From a virus (taxonomy: Duplodnaviria; Caudoviricetes): a stretch of DNA of 31,412 bases. The notes under the pieces were generated by a model. It made no database searches. It had not been told where the DNA came from and saw nothing but the letters and a program-made list of their open reading frames with translations. Positions within the stretch are counted from its first letter, which is position 1. Each line of letters begins with the position of its first letter. The translations under genes and the position numbers were made by a program. This document shows, piece by piece, positions 1-6,904 of this stretch. The DNA lies in IMG/VR virus record IMGVR_UViG_3300027683_000015, positions 1 to 31,412 of that record; one strand, given 5' to 3'.

Positions 1-34
1 TCAAAACTGGAAAATCACCGAGGTGCAAAACTAA
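1..34 (+). CDS. 3' end of upstream late (probably tail) gene, partial
   Basis: Frame 2 reads QNWKITEVQN then TAA at 32-34, overlapping the next ATG (TAATG), the same coupling used throughout this operon. Confidence 0.45.
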   Translation, partial: QNWKITEVQN

Positions 35-585
35 TGACCGCAAAACTCTCAGCATCAGCCGACGGCACCAAAGTCACCATCGGCACCGCAGCAGAAGATG
101 CCCTGCAAATCGACGCGACGGCCAAGATCATCAAGGCGCTGGCTCCGTATCTGTTCAATGCAGACAACGGGGTGCCGGTCGGCACGATCATTGACTTCGC
201 CGGCACTCAGCCTCCAACCGGCTATCTGGCCTGTCCATTGGTGGCGACCAACGTCAGCCGGGCGACCTATGCCGCGCTGTTTGCTGCCATCGGGACAACG
301 TGGGGAGCGGGTGACGGCTCCACGACGTTTGGACTACCCTACTTCCCTGCTGACACAGTTGGCGTACAAGCTGATGCCAACGTCGGAACACAGACAAACG
401 GTGTAGTCATCAACCACACGCATTCCCTTGGCGGATCGCTTGCCAACCTGAGCGCCGCCGGGTCTAATTGGGGCAACAATGCACCGCTCAACCAAGGCAT
501 AGCGACCGCTACTGGGAACCCGACAGGCGGCAATACTCGCAACCTTCCCGGCGGTGCGCGGGTCCGCAAGTGCGTGAAAATCTAA
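34..585 (+). CDS. Tail fibre protein with phage tail-collar domain
   Basis: VPVGTIIDFAGTQPPTGYLAC...VSRATYAALFAAIGTTWGAGDGSTTFGLP is the classic tail-collar motif; HTH metal-binding motif (NHTHS) and fibre-like C-terminus. Confidence 0.9.
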   Translation: MTAKLSASADGTKVTIGTAAEDALQIDATAKIIKALAPYLFNADNGVPVGTIIDFAGTQPPTGYLACPLVATNVSRATYAALFAAIGTTWGAGDGSTTFGLPYFPADTVGVQADANVGTQTNGVVINHTHSLGGSLANLSAAGSNWGNNAPLNQGIATATGNPTGGNTRNLPGGARVRKCVKI

Positions 586-812
586 TGCACCGCTCCCTCT
601 CCCTCGCGCTGCTCCTGTCGGCCTGTACGACGACCAACATCAATGCCCCGCAGCCGAACTTGCAGAGCATCAACCTCGGCCAGCCGTCGTGCGTTCAGGA
701 CTGCCACACGACCCAAACCGCGACGCAGGGCGAGGGCAGCACGAGCGGGGCGATCACCAATACCACCAGCAGTTCTTCTACCCGCAGTCCAACCATCGGA
801 GGATCACAATGA
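585..812 (+). CDS. Small lipoprotein, 75 aa
   Basis: ATG at 585 overlaps the previous TAA. MHRSLSLALLLSAC has a short signal and an LSAC lipobox; the mature part is Thr/Ser/Gln-rich with CxxxC. Confidence 0.7.
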   Translation: MHRSLSLALLLSACTTTNINAPQPNLQSINLGQPSCVQDCHTTQTATQGEGSTSGAITNTTSSSSTRSPTIGGSQ

Positions 813-1144
813 TCAACCTCGAACGCATCCGTTCCGCCACCCCAGTCATCATCGCTGTCGTCTGCTTCCTCGTCGTCGGGGTGTCATACGCCTGCACAGC
901 CAGAGCGCAGGACCGCCCGAGCCTGACCCCGGAGCAGAAGGCAACTGTTGTATGGGTGGCTGCCAATGCCATCACCTCGTTCGCTGTCGGCTGGTTCGTC
1001 CTGCCCTATGCGACAATCACCGGCAAGCAGAAGGAACTCTGCGACGCCATGAAAGGCAGGTACGACCCCAAGGCCCGTGACCTCTGCGAAGGTGGTGATT
1101 GGGTCCGCATCATTCCCTACCTTCGCGACATCAAGGAGAATTGA
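809..1144 (+). CDS. Membrane/exported hypothetical protein, 111 aa
   Basis: GGAGG SD and ATGA overlap at 809; N-terminal hydrophobic segment ending in ARA, a second hydrophobic segment, and a Cys pair. Confidence 0.7.
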   Translation: MINLERIRSATPVIIAVVCFLVVGVSYACTARAQDRPSLTPEQKATVVWVAANAITSFAVGWFVLPYATITGKQKELCDAMKGRYDPKARDLCEGGDWVRIIPYLRDIKEN

Positions 1145-1146
1145 CC

Positions 1147-1668
1147 ATGAAATACCTACTCACCCTGCTGTGCCTGTTCGCTTCCTCCGCCTTCGCCATC
1201 GGCCTCGGCAATGACAACCCGCCGGGCGGTGGGGGCGACATCAAGAATACCCAAACGACTGTGGTCGGTGTCAGTAACGAGTCGCGGGCCAACGCCCTGA
1301 ACTACGTGAAGAACATCACCAACGTGGCTCCGGTCGAAGTGACAACCGCCCCGGTGACTGTCTCCTACAACGAGGCACAGCAGCCGGCCAACACCCGCAA
1401 CGAACAAGTAGGAACCGTCAATGTACGCACCGTCCCCAACGTCTTCTCCGGTAATGTCTACCCTACCGCGCCTTGTATGGGTTCTTCCACCGTTGGGGCT
1501 GCTGCCCTCGGCTGGGGTGCCTCCATTGGCTCCTCATGGGCTGACCACGAATGCGGGAAGCGTGAGACTGCCCGTTCATTCCAGAACCTCGGCCTGACTC
1601 AGGATGCCGTGGCCATCCTCTGCACCAGCGAGTACGCCGCAGCCGCCCCGGCCTGCCAGCCGAAATGA
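1147..1668 (+). CDS. Secreted Cys-containing hypothetical protein
   Basis: AAGGAG SD; signal peptide MKYLLTLLCLFASSAFA; C-terminal PCMGSS..G.G.S.G.SW.D.EC..RE.AR...LG...A..ILC motif that I recognise from uncharacterised phage proteins. Confidence 0.8.
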   Translation: MKYLLTLLCLFASSAFAIGLGNDNPPGGGGDIKNTQTTVVGVSNESRANALNYVKNITNVAPVEVTTAPVTVSYNEAQQPANTRNEQVGTVNVRTVPNVFSGNVYPTAPCMGSSTVGAAALGWGASIGSSWADHECGKRETARSFQNLGLTQDAVAILCTSEYAAAAPACQPK

Positions 1669-2006
1669 TCGAGAAGCTCATTGGGCAAGTGTTCGGGGAT
1701 GCAGATGACGCCCACAAGGAACATCTGCTCACCCGGAGCTACGCACAGCACGTGGCTCTTGGGGACTTCTATGGTGGGGTCCGGGATGCTCTGGATGCGG
1801 TCGTGGAAGCCCACATCGCCCTGGTCGGGCCAGATGACATTGCAGACCCTACCGGAAGCCCACTCGAACAGTTGGAGGACGGCTACGTTGCTCTGATGGG
1901 GATGCGGGACAAGGTCTGCGACGGCTGCCCCACCATCGAGGACCTGTATGACACGCTGACGGGGGAATACCTCACAGCGATCTACAAGCTCAAACGGCTG
2001 AAATGA
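1665..2006 (+). CDS. Ferritin/Dps-like four-helix protein (DUF5856-like)
   Basis: AHKEHLLTRSYAQHVALGDFY...D.VVE and terminal YKLKRLK match the phage Dps-like family pattern. Confidence 0.75.
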   Translation: MIEKLIGQVFGDADDAHKEHLLTRSYAQHVALGDFYGGVRDALDAVVEAHIALVGPDDIADPTGSPLEQLEDGYVALMGMRDKVCDGCPTIEDLYDTLTGEYLTAIYKLKRLK

Positions 2007-2036
2007 AGAAAGCCCCCGATTATGGGGGCTTCTTTT
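2006..2036. terminator. Bidirectional rho-independent terminator
   Basis: AAGCCCCC (2010-2017) pairs with GGGGGCTT (2024-2031); A-rich on the left, T-tract on the right; lies between convergent stops at 2006 and 2038. Confidence 0.85.
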
Positions 2037-2037
2037 G

Positions 2038-2349
2038 TCACTTCGCGTTGAACTCCTGTGCCGGTCCAGTTGTGGTGCTACGTTCCGCCTGTCTGATGTA
2101 CCTCAAGGCTGTCTGATGGCGGGTCTCGCCGGGCCACTTGCTTTCGACGGCCATCAACAGTTCGTGGTACAGAGTTTGACTGGTGGCGAGTTGCTGCCGC
2201 AAAGACTCTGCCTCTGTGTGCTTGCCATCGACAATTCCGTGACATGCTTCGCAGGCTTCCCACCCGTCCTTTTTGCCATCCCGAAACTCGGCGAGCAGTT
2301 CGGCGCACAAGTCGCAGGCGTCGAGCGGGTTTCCGTGTTGGCAACTCAT
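2038..2349 (-). CDS. Hypothetical protein with Cys/His clusters
   Basis: ATG at 2349 in an ATGA overlap with the upstream gene; MSCQHGNPLDACDLC...CEAC; C-terminal YHELLMAVESKWPGETRHQTALRYI. Confidence 0.65.
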   Translation of the reverse strand: MSCQHGNPLDACDLCAELLAEFRDGKKDGWEACEACHGIVDGKHTEAESLRQQLATSQTLYHELLMAVESKWPGETRHQTALRYIRQAERSTTTGPAQEFNAK

Positions 2350-2543
2350 TTCCACCCCTCCACCAGACCCCACACGCCGAGTAGCAGCAGGGCAGTCCAG
2401 AGTACAGCCTCGAACAGGTACGGCCATGCCTCGGGGGCTGGCTCGGTGAATGGCAGGTCGGGCCTCGGATCGTGGCTGGCGTAACGCTGCGGGCGAATAG
2501 ATGTACTAGTGCAGCCGATACGGGTACGTGCTGGTTTGGTCAT
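2346..2543 (-). CDS. Small membrane protein
   Basis: ATGA coupling at both ends; C-terminal hydrophobic helix AVLWTALLLLGVWGLV. Confidence 0.6.
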   Translation of the reverse strand: MTKPARTRIGCTSTSIRPQRYASHDPRPDLPFTEPAPEAWPYLFEAVLWTALLLLGVWGLVEGWK

Positions 2544-2887
2544 TTCATCTCCTTTCCAATTTCCGCAGCCGCCCTGACGATGGCGCGACGGGTTGCTGCA
2601 TGAGCGTCGCTGTCATGCGCTTCGCTGGCCCCACGCCCAATGTCTGTCAGCACGTCGGTTACACCATCATCAACACCAACTGTGAGAAACAACTTCACCG
2701 CCAGCCGCAGCGCATCGCCGTCGTCGGTGAGGGGGTTCCACCGTGTGCCGTTGTGCCAATCCAATACAACATCACCCATGCAATTGAACCCGGTGTTCCC
2801 TCTGCCCCTACCGCTTGTTTCAGATTTGTCGATCTTCAACCCTGCTGCCTTCGCAGCCAGTTCCAACAGTTCACGGTCGTTGCTCAT
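2540..2887 (-). CDS. Conserved phage protein (ABA-sandwich/NinX-like)
   Basis: Start MSNDRELLELAAKAAG at 2887; WNPLTDDGDALRLAVKL and ATRRAIVRAAAEIG are characteristic of this widespread phage family. Confidence 0.75.
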   Translation of the reverse strand: MSNDRELLELAAKAAGLKIDKSETSGRGRGNTGFNCMGDVVLDWHNGTRWNPLTDDGDALRLAVKLFLTVGVDDGVTDVLTDIGRGASEAHDSDAHAATRRAIVRAAAEIGKEMK

Positions 2888-3186
2888 TGCTCTACATATC
2901 CTGTAATGTCTCCGGCGGGGAAGCGTACATATGCCTCCGGCTTGCAAGTTGTATTTCCGTGAGACCGCCAAAACAGTCCTCCGTGCTCAGGGTGCCGCCA
3001 GCACTCGCTGATCACGATGGTTTTCTTCGGCTGCGCGGGGCGACCACGATATCTGGTTCCGAAAGTCCAGCCTCGCTGCATCCACAGTATCCAGTCTCCC
3101 ATGTAGAATTCTTCAATCTCCCACTTCTCGATCTGTGCGCGGGCCACGTCCTGCATGGTGGGCAGGTCTCTCCATTCGCTGCTCAT
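2884..3186 (-). CDS. Hypothetical protein, Trp-rich
   Basis: Coupled ORF with GGAGG SD; no recognised domain. Confidence 0.6.
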   Translation of the reverse strand: MSSEWRDLPTMQDVARAQIEKWEIEEFYMGDWILWMQRGWTFGTRYRGRPAQPKKTIVISECWRHPEHGGLFWRSHGNTTCKPEAYVRFPAGDITGYVEQ

Positions 3187-3413
3187 TGTTCACGCCCTCC
3201 TAGTGTAATGATTTGCGTGCCAACAATCCATGACGGAACGGATAGCCCTTTCCAAATCCCTTCCATGGTCCTCCTGGTAACTCCCGCCATCCTCGCCAGT
3301 GCCTCTATCGTGTAGCCCTGGCGCTTGAGGGAGTTGATAAGGTTGGGCCAATCCGGCTCCACTATAATGATTGTCGGCACGTCCTTGGTCTTTCTCTGGT
3401 AATTTCTGCTCAT
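3183..3413 (-). CDS. HTH (XRE/Cro-like) DNA-binding protein
   Basis: LKRQGYTIEALARMAGVTRRTMEGIWKGLSVPS is an XRE-type HTH. Confidence 0.75.
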   Translation of the reverse strand: MSRNYQRKTKDVPTIIIVEPDWPNLINSLKRQGYTIEALARMAGVTRRTMEGIWKGLSVPSWIVGTQIITLGGREQ

Positions 3414-3616
3414 CTCCCATTTCTCATCTTTCTCAGGATACGGTCAGCCTCTGTCTTGTCGGTCATGTAGGTCAAGTCGAGGAGTACCAGAACGGGTTGG
3501 GGGATCGTGCGGCCGGACTCATACCGGGAACCGCATGTTTGGCTTACGCTCACAGCTCCCCAGAATTGCTCCTGGGTAAGCCCTAGTTCCAGCCGTTTTG
3601 CTAATATGTACTTCAT
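3410..3616 (-). CDS. RsaL-like XRE HTH regulator
   Basis: LGLTQEQFWGAVSVSQTCGSRYESGRTIPQPV matches the Q..FW....V.Q..GSRYE.GR..P.PV signature of RsaL-type repressors; AAGGAG SD. Confidence 0.8.
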   Translation of the reverse strand: MKYILAKRLELGLTQEQFWGAVSVSQTCGSRYESGRTIPQPVLVLLDLTYMTDKTEADRILRKMRNGR

Positions 3617-3736
3617 TTCAACTCCTTCAGGTTATACGTAGCTGACTATGCGAAGGGCTACAGGCGATTATTTCGGCGGGGGTAAGGCTAGGGTACCGGC
3701 GACTTACGGTATAGCGCCCTAGCCCCTCCTGGACCC

Positions 3737-4012
3737 CTACGCAGCGCCCTCCCGGCGACGGGAAATCCCTAATTCTAGCTGGAAGCGATCCTCCTCCTGG
3801 TCATACTTGACCTTGGACTGTACTTCGATGTACTTCTCCAAGAAGTGGCGGGCCTTCTCCAAGTCCTGGATGCCGTTCTTGTTCTTCCACCGGGTGACGT
3901 ACTTGGTGATTTGAGCCTGGAAGTAGTCAAGGTCATTAGCCACCACGTAATCCCAGTGTTGAATGGAGGACTTGTAGTGGTTCCCCCCGACTTGTTTGTC
4001 ATTTGCATTCAT
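3737..4012 (-). CDS. DUF3310 (SaV-like) protein
   Basis: QVGGNHYKSSIQHWD...ITKYVTRWKNKNGIQDLEKARHFLE is the DUF3310 signature; start at 4012 behind AAGGAG. Confidence 0.85.
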   Translation of the reverse strand: MNANDKQVGGNHYKSSIQHWDYVVANDLDYFQAQITKYVTRWKNKNGIQDLEKARHFLEKYIEVQSKVKYDQEEDRFQLELGISRRREGAA

Positions 4013-4547
4013 GTTGAATCTCCTTGAGAAGTTGGCGAGTTGCGGGCAGAGGATCGTTGGTACGAAGCCAATCCACCCCTCTGGCCAGGATCGGCTTGAA
4101 CTGCGAGTTACCCATGTTGATCTCTTCCAGCGCCTTGAAGCAAAGATCAAGCATGTCGGCTTGCTTGAGTACCTTGCACCCGTAGGGGGTGAGGGTATGA
4201 ATGTTGAACCACTGATAGTCGAACCGACGCTCCATGGCGGTCAGTGCTGCCTTGAGTTCAGGACTGTCCCACTTGGCCGTGGCCGGAACGTCGCCGGTGT
4301 ATTGCTCAGCCATGTCGTGAGTCAAGGCAGCCATGAGCAAAGTCGCGCTGGGCTTCTCCTCGGTGATCAGAACGCACAGGATGGCTACGTTGGCGGAATG
4401 GTGACCCACGGTCTCCCCCACAATAGTGTCGCAGGTATGGTAACGCTTGACCTTGTTGCCTGAGCGATACCGCTTTATGGTGGACATAGTGGGGTAGGAG
4501 GCAATCACCTCCTCCAGATCCCGCAGCTTGCTGAGGGTATCGCTCAT
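3999..4547 (-). CDS. HD-domain deoxynucleotide phosphohydrolase (YfbR-like)
   Basis: R.H...ETVGHHS...AALTHDMAEQYTGDVPATAK...LKQADMLD matches the YfbR-type HD motifs. Confidence 0.85.
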   Translation of the reverse strand: MSDTLSKLRDLEEVIASYPTMSTIKRYRSGNKVKRYHTCDTIVGETVGHHSANVAILCVLITEEKPSATLLMAALTHDMAEQYTGDVPATAKWDSPELKAALTAMERRFDYQWFNIHTLTPYGCKVLKQADMLDLCFKALEEINMGNSQFKPILARGVDWLRTNDPLPATRQLLKEIQHECK

Positions 4548-5509
4548 TTCTGTTCCCTCCGCTCGATCCACTGAAGGCAGGCAAGCCGCCAGTCGTCGGC
4601 CCGCACATCTTCCAACGCCTTGCGTCCGTCGTTGCGACCCTCCTTGCGATCAAACCACGAATCCCACATAGGGATGGCTACCTCATGGAAGAATGGGTTT
4701 TTGATCTCCGTGAAGTCCCCTTCGTGCATAAAGATGTCCAGGTCGTTGAACCAGTGGTTGGGGTCATACACGAGCGGGTAGGATTGGATTCCCTCAACCT
4801 CATACACGCTCTCCACGTTGGTAGGGATATTACTATACAATTCCCATCCTTGGCCGATTTCGGTGTAGAGGTGGGCGTTGTTAGAGAATTGGCGATATAC
4901 CCCCACTTCCCTATGTAGCATGGATGCAACTATCTCCTGGAGGAACGACATATGGACTGCGTTCGCCCCGAACATCCCCCAGATGACGTCGTTTGAGCGA
5001 TTACAGACCGTCATATTCAGCCGCCCCTTCACGATGTCGAAGTAGATATGGGTGTTACACGGAAGATCCACGGAGTCCACATCCAAATCATCGTTGGGAT
5101 CCCACATGGCGATAACCGCCCGCCTGGTAAATGGTTCGTGCTGGAGAAGATGGACAATATCCATCACTTGGTCAACCCCGAAGTGTCTCCTCCACCGGTG
5201 ACCATAGGCTCCGTGGAAGTTCAACTCGTTGTCACTGAACTCGCGCATCCGCTTGTTAAATTGAGACACCCATAGCACGTCGTTCCTACCGGCCATCATC
5301 CACAGACACTCCATGAGGTGAAAGTAGGGATTCGCATCCCGCTTGGGGTTAAACAGCACCCGCTCGGTGGGGTTGGCATAGGTGACCATAATGGGCTCAG
5401 TAAGCCGAAGCGCCCTTCCATTGCGAGTTTGCTCCAGCTCGCTTGACGACCGGAATCTCCAGAGGATGTCGTTCAGCCCCTGATCCAGACTATGTACAGT
5501 TAGTTCCAT
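4544..5509 (-). CDS. dUMP hydroxymethylase (thymidylate synthase superfamily)
   Basis: GAYGHRWR, TRRAVIAMWDP, catalytic DLPCN, and NRSNDVIWGMFGANAVHMS. Asn at the dUMP-specificity position and the RSND..WG...AN..H pattern of 5-hmdU phages. Confidence 0.85.
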   Translation of the reverse strand: MELTVHSLDQGLNDILWRFRSSSELEQTRNGRALRLTEPIMVTYANPTERVLFNPKRDANPYFHLMECLWMMAGRNDVLWVSQFNKRMREFSDNELNFHGAYGHRWRRHFGVDQVMDIVHLLQHEPFTRRAVIAMWDPNDDLDVDSVDLPCNTHIYFDIVKGRLNMTVCNRSNDVIWGMFGANAVHMSFLQEIVASMLHREVGVYRQFSNNAHLYTEIGQGWELYSNIPTNVESVYEVEGIQSYPLVYDPNHWFNDLDIFMHEGDFTEIKNPFFHEVAIPMWDSWFDRKEGRNDGRKALEDVRADDWRLACLQWIERREQK

Positions 5510-6282
5510 TAGTATTTGCTCCTAGCGTATCCACGCTTCCATTTGAAGAATTCGCACAGGCAGTTCTGCATATCCTGGGCGTCCACATCGACTACATCAG
5601 ACACCTCCAACCGAAGGCGATTGACTTGTATTTGAAACTCCTCCTGATCCCACTTCTTGTCCAGGGGGTAGTTGCGAAGGTAGTTCAGCCCCTTCTGGGA
5701 GCCTGGGCCGGGAGCGCAGAATATGTCCTTATCGGGAGCGTTCTGTAACACCCAGGTGTGTTTGAGATCAGCTACGATCTGGGCGGCGATGAAGCTGCCA
5801 CAGCGTGGAGCGTTTTGGAGCTGACGCCACATACCATAGCAGCGGGTCGTGGGGACCATCTTGTCAATCTCGTCCAGCGTCCGGGCCACGGACTCATACT
5901 TGGGGGAGCCATCATGCTCGGCAGTAATCATGTACGCCCCCGTCCAGACCTTGCCGGGCCTTTCAGAAAGCTGTTTCATGTTGGCGATAAACATGTCCCT
6001 CCTTACCCCCCAATCATCTATGTATCCGATGTTATGGAGAGTGGGAATCCAGTTGATCAACCTGCACATAGCCATATTGAGGATCATAGCTGGGTGGCCG
6101 GGGTAGGGATCGCGGAAATGCTCCTTGATGTAGCGAGTAACCTTGTCATCTTCCCGGTGGACGTTACAGAAGCGGTAGGTGGCCAGCATGGGATCGTCGG
6201 TGAAGGGGCGCTTCTCCCCTGCCTCCTTCTTGACCCGGACCGCCTCACGCTCCGTGATCCAGAACTTGAGATCGTCAATCAT
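5509..6282 (-). CDS. Clade-1 aGPT-Pplase / 5-hmdU DNA kinase helical-domain protein (HhH-glycosylase-like fold)
   Basis: WITEREAVR..KEAG..PFTDDPMLATYRFCNVHREDDKVT, AYMI, GSFIAAQIVADL, GPGSQKGL, D.QNCLCEF.K; probable start MIDDLKFW at 6282. Confidence 0.85.
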   Translation of the reverse strand: MIDDLKFWITEREAVRVKKEAGEKRPFTDDPMLATYRFCNVHREDDKVTRYIKEHFRDPYPGHPAMILNMAMCRLINWIPTLHNIGYIDDWGVRRDMFIANMKQLSERPGKVWTGAYMITAEHDGSPKYESVARTLDEIDKMVPTTRCYGMWRQLQNAPRCGSFIAAQIVADLKHTWVLQNAPDKDIFCAPGPGSQKGLNYLRNYPLDKKWDQEEFQIQVNRLRLEVSDVVDVDAQDMQNCLCEFFKWKRGYARSKY

Positions 6283-6838
6283 GATGGTTCTCGAATAGGT
6301 CAAGAAGTTGGTCGGTAGGGAAGTTGTCCCACTCTAGCACTGCCACGTTCCGGCCTGCCGCAGTGAGCTTCCGCTGGAGAGCGTTGATGGGAATGACCCG
6401 CTTGCGAGTATTGTCCTCATTCAACGGCTTCAACTCCCCACGTTCGGCACGGCGAATCTTGACCCTCCTGATGCACTCATCGATGGGAGTATTGAGGAAA
6501 GCGAAGATGTGGCGATTGCCCCACTTCTCCGTGATGGCCCCGAGCTTGCCGTAGTAGGTGGAGAGCAAAAGCCCCTCGTACAGCACGTGACCTTCGTCAG
6601 CATACTTCTCGATCAACTCGATCTGACGCTCCACAGAGGTCACGCCGTCCATCCCGCCGCACTTGTTCTCATACGGGCCCAGGACGTACAGAGGGCGCTT
6701 GAGAGCGGGGTGCTCAACCTTGTACGCTTCGGGCCGCTTGACGGGACCGATGCGGGTGATCTTGTTGGCGTCGTCAAAGATGTCACGAACAAGGGTGGTC
6801 TTTCCCGCCCCGCTCGTGCCGTGGATCTTGATAATCAT
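6275..6838 (-). CDS. P-loop kinase of the 5-hmdU DNA kinase type
   Basis: Walker A GTSGAGKTT; LGPYENKCGGMDGV and VLYEGLLLS motifs typical of kinases in thymidine-hypermodification clusters. Confidence 0.8.
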   Translation of the reverse strand: MIIKIHGTSGAGKTTLVRDIFDDANKITRIGPVKRPEAYKVEHPALKRPLYVLGPYENKCGGMDGVTSVERQIELIEKYADEGHVLYEGLLLSTYYGKLGAITEKWGNRHIFAFLNTPIDECIRRVKIRRAERGELKPLNEDNTRKRVIPINALQRKLTAAGRNVAVLEWDNFPTDQLLDLFENHHD

Positions 6839-6865
6839 TTCATACTCCTTTCTGTTTAAGAACCC

Positions 6866-6904
6866 CTATTATACCGGAAACTTATCCTGAGAAGGAACAT
6901 TCTT
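6866..6904 (-). promoter_or_regulatory. Class A promoter driving the modification cassette
   Basis: AAGAATGTTCCTTCTCAGGATAAGTTTCCGGTATAATAG, with a perfect TATAAT and 30/39 identity to 14022-14060. Confidence 0.75.

Noticed and set aside
34-585. Diversity-generating retroelement or invertible tail-fibre target
   Set aside because: No reverse transcriptase, invertase or template repeat visible in the window.
585-1144. Canonical Rz/Rz1 spanin pair or holin-endolysin cassette
   Set aside because: The lipoprotein precedes the membrane gene, there is no long periplasmic coiled coil, and no muralytic motif is seen; left unassigned.
3183-3616. cI/cro lysogeny switch
   Set aside because: The genes are co-directional, have no peptidase domain, and no integrase is present in the window.
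3657-3735. Possible homology between this intergenic gap and 17180-17255 (CTACAGG...GGGGTA...TAGCGCC...CTCCTG)
   Set aside because: Only short scattered matches in GC-rich DNA; I cannot distinguish them from chance without an alignment statistic.
4544-5509. Canonical ThyA or T4-type dCMP hydroxymethylase
   Set aside because: RSND..WG...AN has Asn (dUMP-type) rather than Asp, lacks the ThyA LG.PFN pattern, and sits beside kinase and aGPT-Pplase genes.
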